From assembly GCA_030390025.1 (NCBI GenBank), contig CM059431.1, forward strand, positions 144,648,001-144,712,000: a stretch of DNA of 64,000 nt, given 5' to 3'. The DNA is from Squalus acanthias. Its lineage: Eukaryota. Below the pieces are notes generated by a model that did no database searches, had not been told where the DNA came from, and saw only the letters and a list, made by a program, of their open reading frames with translations. Positions 1 to 12,201 of the stretch are shown here, one piece after another. The first letter of the stretch is position 1, and each line of letters starts with the position of its first letter. The translations under genes were made by a program, and so were the position numbers.

Positions 1-2
1 GC

Positions 3-932
3 TGAAACTCTAGGTGTGTTTCTTCGAGAGAAAACCCGAGAGGAAGCACGATAGATTTTAGCCGGAACATCTTGATAGGCCCTTACCGGGGCAGTTCGGT
101 AGGACTTAGCTTGATAAGCCCTCGTAGAGGCTCTTGATAGGCAAACCTTTGCAAAATGACCCTTTTTGTTGCAATGACTGCAAAACGCATTGCGAGCAGG
201 GCAGAATTTCCGAGGGTGAAACTCATCACCACAAAAGAAGCATTTCTTAGATTGCCAAGAGGCTGCCACAGTGGGGTCATCATCCTCTTCATCAGTGAAG
301 TCATCAGATTGATCGTCAGGGATAAAGTCCTCCCTAATAGAGTTCACCTGTGGCCTCTTAAATTGCCTGACTGTAGTTAAGGCAGCAGACCGAGGTCTGG
401 GCACTGTATAAAGGTCTGCATTTCTTTTTGCCAGATCTAGAGAGCAAGCCATGTCATATGCTCTCTGAAGCTCAAGTGTCTTACTTTCCAGTAGACGCTG
501 GCGTATAAATGGGGAGGCAAGCCCGCAGATGAAAGCATCACGGATCATTTCTTCACGGTACAGCTCAGCTGAGGCCGCCTGAAATTTACAGTCCATACTA
601 AGTCTGCGAAGCTCTTGGAGGAATTTATCAATGGATTCCTCCAGCCCTTGTTGGGCTGTAGCTAGTAGATGTCTGGCATAGACCTCATTCGGTGTCTTAG
701 TATATAGTCTTTTAAGCATCCGAATTGCCTCCTCGTAACTGCCCCATTCCTCGACATACTGAAATACATTCGGGGTGACACAGTTGATGAGTATCCGCAA
801 TTTTGAGTCATCATCAGACTTGCAATATTCGAGAAAATTGTCAAACGTGCGATACCAGTGTTTCCACACCTTACCGGCTGCTGGGGTGTTTGGGTCCAAG
901 TCAAGACGCGATGGTTTAAGGATGTTTTCCAT
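3..932 (-). CDS. gag: Ty3/Gypsy LTR-retrotransposon gag (open, runs off the window's left edge)
   Basis: Manual translation from ATG at 932: MENILKPSRLDLDPNTPAAGKVWKHWYRTFDNFL...IRDAFICGLASPFIRQRLLE...KCFFCGDEFHPRKFCPARNAFCSHCNKKGHFAKVC, i.e. tandem zinc knuckles. No stop before position 1, which is why the ORF track omits it. Confidence 0.9.
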   Translation of the reverse strand, partial: MENILKPSRLDLDPNTPAAGKVWKHWYRTFDNFLEYCKSDDDSKLRILINCVTPNVFQYVEEWGSYEEAIRMLKRLYTKTPNEVYARHLLATAQQGLEESIDKFLQELRRLSMDCKFQAASAELYREEMIRDAFICGLASPFIRQRLLESKTLELQRAYDMACSLDLAKRNADLYTVPRPRSAALTTVRQFKRPQVNSIREDFIPDDQSDDFTDEEDDDPTVAASWQSKKCFFCGDEFHPRKFCPARNAFCSHCNKKGHFAKVCLSRASTRAYQAKSYRTAPVRAYQDVPAKIYRASSRVFSRRNTPRVS

Positions 933-1010
933 GATGGGTGATTCCCTGGATCCTTAGTTCCGAGTTCGTCCAAAAAGTTTGAGTGCGAAGTTTTTCAAAG
1001 TTGTTTAAAT

Positions 1011-1204
1011 TGTCGTAAGAATGAGCCTTACGCGTGGTGAACTTAAAGTAAGCTTTAATCAACTAAAAAGGTGCTACATACAAAAGAGGTCTTACTCTAT
1101 GCCTCTCCAGGATCCAACTGAGCAGCCCAGTATTTATCCTGGACTAATCACAGGAAGTGATGTAATAAAGTTCAAGTCACAGGAAGCTGTATTGTGTTAC
1201 CACA
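1011..1204 (-). mobile_element. 5' LTR of the Gypsy element (~194 bp)
   Basis: TGT...ACA termini with imperfect inverted ends (TGTGGTAA/TTACGACA), GATAAATA TATA-like box and ATTAAA on the minus strand, ~80 nt upstream of the gag ATG. Confidence 0.75.
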
Positions 1205-1209
1205 ATGTT

Positions 1210-1808
1210 CTTGTCCAGTAATCCCGCCTCTACAGCACATTTCACTCACAAGTTCAGACTGACTACCTCAAACCGGCTTCACTTCAGAAATGTTCTCTCT
1301 CCCGCAAACGACACGCTCTTTAGCAGTGGCCTCAGATGTGAGAACTGCGGTCCCCAAGATATCTGTATTGGATATTCAACTTTTCACCATATTTATTATT
1401 GATTGGATGGTGCAATAGAGCGCTGTAGATCCAAGTTTGAAGATCGCACTAAGTTAGGAGGCACGGTAGTAGTGCGAATGGGAACGGGACATAACCAAAG
1501 GGACTGAGGCAGACGAAGTAAGCGGGCAAAATTATGTCAAATCGAGTTCATTGTGCGCAAGTGTGACATCATCCACTTTGAAACCAAGTAAGAGAGTTCG
1601 GAGTATTTTCTAAATAATGGGAAGCTATTAACTGCTGAGGAGCAAAGAGGTTTGTGAGTCCCAGTTCACAAATCATTATCAGCTAGTAGACATGGAGAAA
1701 AAGACATTTGATAAAGTCCCACATAAGGGACTGTTAGGTAAAGTTGAAGCTCGTGGAAGTGAAGACAAATTTTTGTCCTGGTTAGGAAATTGTTTGAGCG
1801 ACAGGAGA
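1210..1808. repeat. Duplicated ~600-bp unit, copy A (paralog of ~6190-6780)
   Basis: Near-identical text, e.g. ccagtaatcccgcctctacagc...ggaggcacggtagtagtgcgaatgggaacgggac...gagcgacagga, in both places. The distal part is old CR1 RT sequence. Confidence 0.9.
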
Positions 1809-2610
1809 AACAGTGTATGGATAATGGGCAGATACTTTAATTGGCAGGATATGTCTAATGGTGTCTCTGAGGGATCCATTTTGGGACTTGAACTATTCAC
1901 CGTTTTTATTAACGAATTAGTTGGTGCGATTTACAGCCACACTTCCAACTTTGACGCTGTCACAAAGACTGCCGGCATTATTAGCAGTTTAGGTGGAAGC
2001 AAGAAATTAGAACAGATATTAATAGATTAAGTGAATGGGCACAAATGTGGCAAATTGATTTAAAAATTAGCACTTGCGAGGTCATCCACTTCGGATCTAA
2101 AAAGGAGAGATCTGAATGCATTCTAAACGGTGAAGAGTTGGAAACAGTGGATGTTCATTGAGACTTAAGGGTCCATGTACATTTATCATTACATTGTCAT
2201 GGGCAGGTACAGAAAAGAATCAAAAAGGCTAATTGAATGGTGATATTTATATCTACAGGACTACAATATAAGGGGGAGAAATTAAGCTAAAGCTATACAA
2301 AGCACTGGTTAGACCACACCTGGAGTACTGTGTACAGCTCTGGGCATCACACCATAGGAAGGTAGTATTAGGCTGAAAGAGTGAAGCGTAGGTTTACCAG
2401 AATGATACATAGAGTCCAAGGGATCAATTACAAGGGGAGGTTACACAAACTAGGGTTGTAATCACTGGAATTTAGAAGCTTAAGTGGTGATTTGATTGAA
2501 GTATTCACGATATTAAGAGGAACTGATAGGATAGATAGAAAGAAGCTATTTCCGATGATTGGCGAGTCTAGGACTAGGAGGCGTAGCATAAACATTAGAT
2601 CCAAGTCTTT
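1690..2610 (+). mobile_element. Old degraded CR1 LINE RT fragment (resumes at ~5768-6005)
   Basis: FDKVPHKGLLGK...GVSEGSILGLELF motifs with stops; split by the younger CR1 at 2611-5767. Confidence 0.8.
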
Positions 2611-5600
2611 CATAGAAACATAGAAACATAGAGACATAGAAAAATAGGAGCAGGAGTAGGCCATTCGTCCCTTCGAACCTGCTTCACCATTCAATACAAT
2701 CATGGCTGATCCTCTATCTCAATATCATATTCCCCCTCTCTACCCATATCCCTTGATGCCTTTTGTGCCTAGAAATCTATCTATCTGCTTCTTAAATATA
2801 TTCAGTGACTTGGCCTCCACAGCCTTCTGTGGTAGAGAATTCCACAGGTTCACCACCCTCTGAGTGAAGAAATTTCTCCTCATCTCAGTACTAAATGTCC
2901 TACCCCGTATACTGAGACTGCGACACCTCGTTCACGAACCCCCAGCCAGGGGAAACCTCCTGTCTTCATTCAGTCTCTCTAGCCCTGCCAGAATTTTATA
3001 TGTTTCAATGAGACCCACTCGCATTCTTTTAAACAGTAGTGAATACAGGCCTAGTCGGCCCAATCTCTCCTCATACGACAGTCCTGCCATCCCAGGAATC
3101 AGTCTGGTGAACCTTCGCTGCACTCCCTCTATGGCAAGTATATCCTTTCTTAGGTAAGGAGACCAAAACTGCCCACAGGACTCCAGGTGTGGTCTCACCA
3201 AGGCCCAGTATAACTGTAGTAGGACATCCTTGCTCCTGTACTCAAATCCTCTTGCAATGAAGGCCAACATACCATTTGCCTTCCTAACTGCTTGTTGCAC
3301 CTGCATGTTTGCTTTCAGTGACTGGTGTACAAGGACACCCAGGTTCCTTTGTACATCAACATTTCCCAATCTATCACCATTTAAATAATACGCTGCCTTT
3401 CTGTTTTCTCTACCGAAGTGGATAATTTCACATTTATCCACGTTATACTGCATCTGCCATGTATTTGCCCACTCACTCAACTTGTCTAAATGGCCTTGAA
3501 ACCTCTTTGCATCCTCCTCACAACTCACAATCCCACCTAGTTTGGTGTCATCAGCAAACTTGGAAATATTACATTTGGTTCCCTCATCCAAATCATTGAT
3601 ATATATTGTGAATAGCTGGGGCCCAAGCACTGATCCCTGCGGTACCCCACTAGTCACCGCCTGCCACCCCTAAAAAGACCCATTTATTCCTACTCTCTGT
3701 TTCCTGTCTGTTAATCAATTTTTAATCCATGCCAGTATATTACCCCCAATCCCATGTGCTTTAATTTTGGACACTAACCTCTTCTGTGGGACTTGATCAA
3801 AGGCTTACTGAAGATCCAAATACACCACATCCACTGGTTCGCCCTTATCTATTCTACCAGTTTTATCCTCAAAAAACTCCAGTAGGTTTGTCAAACACGA
3901 TTTTGCTTTCATAAATCCATGTTGTCTCTGTCTAATCCCATTGATATTTTCTAAGTGTCCTGTTATCATATCCTTTATAAATGACTCCAGCATTTTCCCT
4001 ACTACTGATGTTAGGCTAACCGGTCTGTAGTTCCCTGTTTTCTCTCTCATTCGTTTTTTAAATAGTGGGGTTACATTTGCCAAACTCCAATCTGTAGGAA
4101 CTGTTCCATAATCTATAGAATTTTGGAAGATGACCACCAATGCATCCACTATTTCCATGGCTCCCTCTTTTAGTACTCTGGAATGCAGATTATCTGGCCC
4201 GGGGGATTTATCGAATTTCAGTCCAATTAATTTCTCCAGCATAATTTTTTTACTAATGCTAAATTCCTTTAATTCCTCCTGCTCACTAGACCCTTGGTTC
4301 CCTAGCATTTCTGGGAAGTTATTTGTGTCCTCTTCTGTGAAGACAGAACCAAAGTATTTGTTTAAGTGCTCTGCCATTTCGTTGTTTCTCATTATAAATT
4401 CTCCCGTTTCTGAATTTAAGGGACCTACATTTGTCTTCACTAACCTTTTTTATTTTACATACTTGTAGAAGCTTTTAAATTCCGCTTTTAAGATCCTTGC
4501 AAGTTTAATCTCATACTCAATTTCCCCTCTTAATCAATCTCTTGGTCCTTTTTTGCTGAATTCTAAACTGCTCCCAATCCTCAGGCTTGCTACTTTGTCT
4601 GGTAACTTTATATGACTCCTCTTTGGATCGAATACTATCCTCAATTTATTTTGTTAGCCATGTTTAGGCCGCTTTTCCTGTTGTGTTGTTGCGCCAGAAA
4701 GGAATGTATAACTGTTGCAATGCATGCATTCGTTCCTTAAAATTTAGCTATTGCCTATCAACCGTCATGCCTTTTAATGAAGCTCCCCAATCTATCATAG
4801 CCTACTCACTGCTCATACCTTCGTAGTTTCCTTTGTTTGGATTTAAGACCCTAGTTTCGGATTGGACTACTTCACTTTCCATCTTATTAAAGAATTATAT
4901 CATTTTATGGTCACCTGTCCCTAAAGGAGCCCGCACAACAAGATTATTATTTATCCCCTTCTCATTGCACAATACCTAATCTAGGACAGCCTGTACCCTA
5001 TTTGGCTCCTCAACGTACTGGTCTAAAAAACATCTCGTACACACTCCAGGAATTCATCCTCCGCAGTATTATTTCTAATTTGGTTTGCCCAGATTAAAGT
5101 CTCCCACGATTACTGTAGTGCACTTGTTACATGCATCTCTAATTTCCTGTTTGATGCCATCCGCTACATTACCACTACTGTTTGAACGCCTATAGACAAC
5201 TCCCACCAGTTTTTTCTGGCCCTTGGTGCTTCTTAGCTTCACCCAGACTGATTCTACATCTTGATTTTCTGAGCCAAGATCCTTTCTCACTATTGATCTG
5301 ATTTCATCTTTTACTAACAACGCCACCCCACCTCATTTTCTTTTTTGCCTGTCCTTGCTAAATATCGAACATCCTTGGATATTCAGCTCCCAACCTTGGT
5401 CACCCTGCAGCCATGTCTCCGTAATTTCAATTATATTGTATCCGTTTACATCTATTTGCGCTGTTAATTCGTCTACCTTATTAGGAATGCTTCGTGCATT
5501 CTGATACAGTGCTTGTAGATTTGTCTTTTTAACATTTTTAGTCATCTTAGCATTGTTTTGAACTATGGCCCTATTTGTCTTATTAACTTTTTTTCTTAAC

Positions 5601-5767
5601 CAGACCCTATTTGTTCGTGATCTCTTTTGTTTGCACGCTCTGTACCTTCCTGACACAATCTCGTTATCCTTACCCCAATCCCTTTCCTGCACTGCTTCCT
5701 TGTCTTTTCTCTTTAGCATTCTAAATTTCTCTGCACCGGGACCCTCCCCCCGCCTTATTTAGTTTAG
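2611..5767 (-). mobile_element. CR1 LINE, ORF2 (APE endonuclease + RT) disrupted, 5'-truncated at the ORF1 end
   Basis: ORF pieces [47 protein letters not shown]; (CATAGAAA)n tail at 2611-2640. Confidence 0.95.
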
Positions 5768-6057
5768 TTTCAGGAATGAATTTAGGAAAGAATTCGACAT
5801 GGAATGGGTGGTATATATTTGCAACTCACTTACACAAACAGCAGTTAATGCTGGGTCAATTGTTAATATTGTACCTGAGATTGATAGATTTTTGTTAACC
5901 AAAGGTATGAAGGGATCTGGAGCAAACAGAGTTAGGTCACAGATCTCATTGAATGGCAGAAAGGGTCACGGGGTTAAATGGCCTACTCCTGTTACTATTC
6001 TCATTGTTAAAGGATCAGAGCACGAATGTGACGATGAGAATTGCGATTTAAAAGCAT

Positions 6058-6129
6058 CGCCATAACAGGGTCTTGAACCTGGAAACTCAGATTAAAAGTC
6101 TGATACTCTACCGACTCAGCAATCCGGGC
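6058..6129 (-). pseudogene. tRNA-Lys(TTT), degenerate
   Basis: Reverse complement GCCCGGATTGCTGAGTCGGTAGAGTATCAGACTTTTAATCTGAGTTTCCAGGTTCAAGACCCTGTTATGGCG matches vertebrate tRNA-Lys-TTT with stem mismatches; T4 follows. Confidence 0.9.
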
Positions 6130-6189
6130 TCACAGAAGGATTTTCATTGGCTGCCGTGCATCATTGCATCCTCTTTAAATACCATTTCC

Positions 6190-6780
6190 TTCTCCAGTAA
6201 TCCCGCCTCTACAGCGCATTTATCTCACAAACCCAGACTGACTGCCTCAAACCGGTTTCATTTCAGAAATATTCTCCCTCCCACAAACGACACGCTCTTT
6301 AGCAGCGGCGTCAGATGTGAGAAGTGCGGTCGCCCCAGATATCTGTATTGGATCTTCAACTTTTCACCATATTTTAGATGGAGCAATAGAGCGCTGTAGA
6401 TCAAGTTTGAAGATCGCACTAAGTTCGGAGGCACGGTAGTAGTGCGAATGGGAACGGGACGTAACCAAAGGGCCAGAGACAGACGAAGTAAGCAGGGCAA
6501 AATTATGTCAAACCGAGCTCACTGTGCGCAAGTGTGGCACCATCCACTTTGGAACCAAGTAAAAGAGTTCGGAGTATTTTCTAAATAATGGGAAGCTATT
6601 AACTGTTGACGTGCAAAGAGGTTTGTGAGTCCCAGTTCAGCAATCACTATAAGCTAGTAGACATGGAGCGAAAGACATTTGATAAAGTCCCACATAAGGG
6701 ACTGTTGGGCTAAATTTGAATCTCGTGGAACTGAAGGCAAATAATTGCCCTGGTTAGGAAATGTGTTGAGCGACAGGAAC
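6190..6780. repeat. Duplicated ~600-bp unit, copy B (5' flank of the tRNA-Lys-TTT gene)
   Basis: Direct paralog of 1210-1808. Confidence 0.9.
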
Positions 6781-6852
6781 AAATTGAACTCCCGGGGCGG
6801 GGCAAACAGAAGCCTCTCTGCAAAAGGAGACAAGGACACAATGTCAAAACAA

Positions 6853-6925
6853 GCCGGACTTGCTCCGTTGGATGAGCGTAAAATTCTTAATCGCAGGTTC
6901 GTGGTTTCGAGCCCTACGTTGGGCG
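6853..6925 (+). pseudogene. tRNA-Lys(CTT), degenerate
   Basis: GCCGGACTTGCTCCGTTGGATGAGCG...TCTTAATCGCAGGTTCGTGGTTTCGAGCCCTACGTTGGGCG aligns to tRNA-Lys-CTT; T-runs follow. Confidence 0.85.
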
Positions 6926-6950
6926 AATAATTTTATTTTGGTTTACGTAA

Positions 6951-7047
6951 GTCGGGATGGCCCTGCGGTCAAAGGCGCTGCGGTTGAAGGCGCTGCGTTC
7001 AGATTGCAGTCTCTCTGTTGAGGTAGATACGAATCCCACGTCTGAAG
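6951..7047 (+). pseudogene. tRNA-Leu(CAG), degenerate, with internal duplication
   Basis: GTCGGGATGGCC...AAGGCGCTGCG(x2)TTCAGATTGCAGTCTC...CGAATCCCAC aligns to tRNA-Leu-CAG. Confidence 0.8.
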
Positions 7048-7589
7048 TGGAGGTGACGGAGGGTAAATGTGGATGGGGTTTAGGCAGGGAATTCCAGAGC
7101 ATGACGTCTACACAGATATAGCATCATGTTCGCATGTGCCTGCTGTCAGGCCGCAGTGTTTTATAACATTTTACATTGAAAAAATACAGTTATTAGATGC
7201 AGGCTAAATTATCACTAAAATGGCCCAGCGTGTTTTAAATTGTTTTCCCTAATACCAGCTGCACAAATGCCACACATTCAATGTAGCCTCACACGGTGCG
7301 ATACCTGTTCCAGTTCTATATATGTAGATACAGAATCAATTCCCATCAGTTTCTTTGAAGCCAATAACTGAATATATTTCTAACGGGTTGGATAAAGGAA
7401 CATGATCCATGTACGTGTTTTTATCATTTGATTTGAAATGAACACTCATAAAAGTATTTGGGTGGGAATTTACTGGATAACAGCACAGCTGGCAATGAGT
7501 GCGGAATATTTTCCTGCAGCCAAAGCACACATTGACAACCTGGAACTGTGCGGCGAAGAATCATAAAGGGAAAAAAAAGTTTAAAACTT

Positions 7590-7663
7590 CGTCCGTGGGT
7601 CGGCTCAAACCACAAACTTTGCGCTTAACAGCCGAACATGCTAACCGATTACGTCACAAAGAC
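7590..7663 (-). pseudogene. tRNA-Asn(GTT), degenerate
   Basis: Reverse complement GTCTTTGTGACGTAATCGGTTAGCATGTTCGGCTGTTAAGCGCAAAGTTTGTGGTTTGAGCCGACCCACGGACG; T4 and T8 runs downstream. Confidence 0.9.
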
Positions 7664-8509
7664 CGCCAGATCAGGTTACTGCAAAATCCCCTAAACCAGG
7701 GTGTCAGCGAGTTAAAGTTACAGATTGCTGCGACCGGAGTAGCAATTGCCCACTATCAGTTTTACAATTACAAATTAAAGAATGGGACATTCATTGTGAA
7801 CACACAGAGACTGTCTGGTCCCGCACACTGCAGACACACCCATGTCACGGTGAACCAGCTCTCCTGCAGCCGGTGCCGTCTCCCTACCAGCCTTTCGGTG
7901 CCTTGTTTGTGGCGAAGTAATCTAATTGTCCCGGTATTAATTTCAGATCTGCACTAATGAGAAACCATTAAATGGCTCGGAACAGTTAATTGCACAGATA
8001 AAAGAACCACATTTTGTGGAAGATGTGTAAAATTATGGCCCGTTGCTCCACTGGGCCACAGTTTGAACTGTTCAGGACCTAACTTACAAACCTGGTCAGG
8101 TGGAATAGTTGGGAGCAACTTTCTGGTTTCAATGTTCAACGACCCACCGCAAAATATATTATGGATAGAAGAAAGAGAACACTTTGTTTTTTGAGTTTCA
8201 AGAATTAACAGATAATAAAAACATCCAATGTGCCCCTTTGTGTTTTATTCAGCTATAACTGCACTGTTCATGCGATGTACTCTGCCTTGGTCCGGACCTT
8301 ATGGTTAACAGTTAATAGCGGCCTCACTCCGGTGTCAGGACTGAACCTAACACAGATTCAAAGGGGAGTGAGACTCTCTTGTGCCGGTTGTCTCATTTCA
8401 TTTCCTATTGAATTCAACTTGAACGCCGATTCACAGTCAAAATTCTCCTGGTCGGAACCACCCCCCCCGCCCCCCCCACACCCCACCCCACCGGCCATGC
8501 TTTCCACGG

Positions 8510-9850
8510 ACACAGGCAGCAGCAGCAGGATAAAGGGAGCTGAGCGGCGATTCAAAGAAAAAAAAGGAGTGACCTTACAGGATAGCTGGTAACTGATTGG
8601 TTGGTAAAGGTCACACTTCTTTCTCTTCAATTTAGGGGCGGGGTTAAATAGCAGGTTGGGGATAAAGCAGGAGCTTGGAGATTAGTAACTGTTAATACTA
8701 TATTAAATTAGTAACTGTTAATATATTATTTTAATAACTTGAATTAGATACATCTTAGTCTTAAGTTTCTGTAAAGTTAATTAATAGTCGAATAAATAAA
8801 GGCATGGAAGGGCAGCTCAGTCCCACAAAGTGCACATCCTGTGCCATGTGGGAACTCCAGGACGCTTCCCGTAACCTGGACAACCACGTGTGCAGGAGGT
8901 GTCGTCAGCTGGAGGAGCTTGAGCTCCGGAGCTTGAACAGCAGCCTGCGTCACTTCGGTGCATCCGCGAGGCTGAGAGCTACATGGATAGCACGTTTCAG
9001 GAGGTGGTCACCCCGCAGCTAAGGAGAGTGCAGGCAGAGAGGGAATGGGTGACCACCAGACTGAAAAAGGAGGACCAGGCAGATAATGCAGGAGTCCCCT
9101 GAGTGCATCTCGCTCTGCAACCAGTATTCTGTTCTGAGTACTGGTGAGAGAGATGGTTCCTCTGGGAGTACAGCCAGAGCCAAGTCCACAGCACCACGGG
9201 TGTCTCAGCTTTACAGGGTGATGGAGGAAGATAGGGAAAGCAATAGTGGTAGGGGATACTATAGTTAGGGGGCAGACAGACGTTTCTGCAGCCACAGACG
9301 TGACACCAATATGGTATGTTGCCTCCCTGGTGCCAGGGTTAAGGATGTCACTGAGCGGCTGCAGAACATTCTGAGGGGGGAGGGTGAACAGCCAGAGGTG
9401 TGGTCCATATTGGTACCAACAACATAGGTAGAAAGAGGGATGAGATACCGCGGGTTGATTTCAGGGAGCTAGGAAAGAGATTAAAAAGCATGACTGGTGT
9501 ATTCTATAGGCCACCACCTACTGGGAAAAATATGGAGGAGCAAATTTGCAGAGAAATTACAGAGAGGTGTGAGGACTAGAGTAGTGATAATGGGGGACTT
9601 CAACTATCCTAATATAGACTGGGATAGCAATAGTGTAAAGGGCAGAGAGGGGGAAGAATTTCTGAAGTGTGTTCAGGAGAACTTTCTTGATCAGTATGTT
9701 TCTGGCCCAACGAGGGAGGAGGCACTGCTGGATTTGGTTCTGCGGAATGAAGTCGGTCAAGTGGAGCAAGTGTCAGTAGGTGAATATTTAGGGAAGAGTG
9801 ATCATAGTATCATAAGTTTTAGATTAGCTATGGAAAAGGACAGGGAGCAA
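8510..9850 (+). mobile_element. CR1 5' portion: 5'UTR, ORF1 (Zn-finger/SGNH) and a deleted ORF2 endonuclease piece
   Basis: MEGQLSPTKCTSCAMWEL...CRRC, CLPGARVKDV and VIMGDFNYPNIDW...SDH motifs; frameshifted. Confidence 0.85.
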
Positions 9851-9851
9851 T

Positions 9852-12201
9852 CTGTAAATGTTAGTTCAATGTTGGTGGGAGGGAGACTGTGAGAGACAGA
9901 CAGACAGACAGTGAGAGAGAGAGAAAGAGAGACATGAAATCAAAAGGCAAGTTGCAGAATAGAAAGCCTGTTTCTGTAGGCCACAAAGTGTAAAGATAAG
10001 ATACTGAAAAGGGTCTTTTTGGTTTTAATCTTCCAACACGGTAGTCATCCCTCTGCAGGCTGGCCAGGGTGTGTGTGTGTGTGTGTGAAGAGAGAGAGGG
10101 AGAGAGCAAAAGCTGGTGTTTGTGTGAGATGTGGTCTGCTGTCTTATTACCTGCTGTTTTGTATTAAAACCTATTGATTTCATCCTGGCCTGGTCCACAT
10201 GTAATGCTGTTGTGTATCACTTTATTGCAGTTTCTTTCACTTCACTTCACTTCAAGACAGACAGACAGACAGTGAGATACTAAAAAATGTCTTTGTGGAC
10301 TGTCTGACAGTAAAAGCTGCTCTGGGATCTTTGCATTCTTTTTATTCCACTCCATTCAAATCAAGAGAAGGCAGGCAGACAGGGGGATAGATATATGGAA
10401 TCAAGACAACGTGAGAATAGAGATAAAAACAGAAAGTGCTGGAAATACTCAGCAGGTCAGGCAGCATCTGTGGAGAGAGAGAGAGAAATGGAGCGAATGT
10501 TTCAGCTCAATGACCTTTCATCAGAACCTTGCCAGAATCTGACGAAAGGTAATCGATAGGGTTTAATACAACAACAGCAGGTAATAAAGCAGCACACACA
10601 CACACACACACACAGCAGAGGGATGACTGCTGTGTTGGAAGATTAATAACCAAAAACACACTTTTCAGTATCTTATCATTTCACTTTGTGGCCTACAGAA
10701 ACCGGCTTTCTATTCTGCAACTTGCCTTTTGATTTCATGTCTCTCTCGCTCTCACTGACTGTCTGTCTGTCTGCCACTCACAGTCTCCCCCACCCACATT
10801 GAACAAAAATTTACAGTAACATGACACACACACTCTGCAAATTGCAGAAACACAGACACCCACACACATACAGACACACTCACACAGACTGCAATTTGCA
10901 GAAACTCACACACACACATCCATTTTGAAAGGGGTGCAGCCTGGGACTGGCTATTTTTGATGATGTCCCTTCCTGGCTCTGCAGCCATGTTTGGTGAGGA
11001 CAATCCAACAAGAAGAGGTGAAGTCAAGGCCCCAGAAACCCAGGTCCCCACGAGGAAATGAAAGACCGGGAGGGCAAAAAGAAGTAAATACAATCAGGGA
11101 TAAATAATAATATATCGACTTTACTTTTGTTAACTAAATGTCTGCCTCTCTGTGGTTTGTCTGGAATGGAATAAAATGAATGGAATGATCCCATGGCAGC
11201 TTTTGCTCTGAAAACACCCCAGCACATTCCCCAATAGAGCCCAGTCCAGAAAAACATCAAATGAATTATTCTGAAAATATTTAAAAAATATAATATATAT
11301 ACTTTGTTTTTACAAAAGTCTTGACTTGGTTTGGTTGGGTTAGACCTTAATGGTAGAGTAAGATCCCACAGCAGGATATGCTCTGAAACACGCCACAAAC
11401 ATTCCTCGATAAAGTCCAGTCCAGAAAAAATCAATTGGCTTGATGTATAGATGTAGCTTTGCTTTTTACAAAAGTCTTGAAAGAAAGGAAAAGTAAGATC
11501 CCACAGCATCGTATTCTGGAATTAAATCAGTATGATCTAATGGTGTACACTTTCTGTTTTTTTCAGACATGAGATGCAATACCAATGCACACAGCAGGTA
11601 CCTTGAACTCAGTCAAGCCCTGCATACACACCAGCTTTTGATGTCTCTCTCTCTCTCTCACACATACACACACACCCACACAGGCCAGCCTGCAAAATTG
11701 CCACACAACACTTTCAGCAATGAAAGAAAGTTGATTTCTCTCATTGCTCTGCTGTGTTTGGCAGTTTAAAAGCAAAAAGACACTTTTAAATATCTTATCT
11801 TTTTAGTTTGCAGCCTAGATACAGGCTTTCTGTTCTGCATCAACAGCAAAATACTGCTGATGCTGGAAATGGGAATAAAAACAGAAAATGCTGGAAATAC
11901 TCAGTAAGTCAGGCAGCATCTGTGGAGAGAGAGAGAAACAGAATTAACGTTCATCTCGATTACCTTTCGTCAGATTCTGTCAAGGTTCTAACGAATGGTC
12001 CTCGACCTGAAACATTAACTCTGTTTCTCTCTCCGCAGATGCTGCCTGACTTACTGAGTATTTCACGCATTTTCTGTTTTGATTTCTATTCTGCATGTTG
12101 TCTTGATTTCACGTGTCTCTCTCACTGCCTGCCAGCCTGTCTTGTCTTGATTTGAGTGGAATTAGAAGAATGCAAAGATCCCACAGCAGCTTTTACTGTC
12201 A
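9852..12201. repeat. Mosaic of inverted and direct duplications of a (CA)n/(GACA)n-containing unit
   Basis: 9852-10085 is the reverse complement of ~10595-10817; ~10305-10557 is the reverse complement of ~11956-12201; ~11620-12130 is a diverged direct copy of 10600-10780. Confidence 0.8.
11841..12083. mobile_element. Penelope-terminus-derived hairpin mini-element
   Basis: Inverted aaatgctggaaatactcag...gcagcatctg arms, two decayed hammerhead cores, flanked by ttct(g/a)ttctgcat direct repeats. Confidence 0.75.

Noticed and set aside
1230..1360. Possible snoRNA/snRNA in the duplicated unit
   Set aside because: No recognisable box motifs or match to a known RNA; better explained as tRNA-array spacer. 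An Rfam search would settle it.
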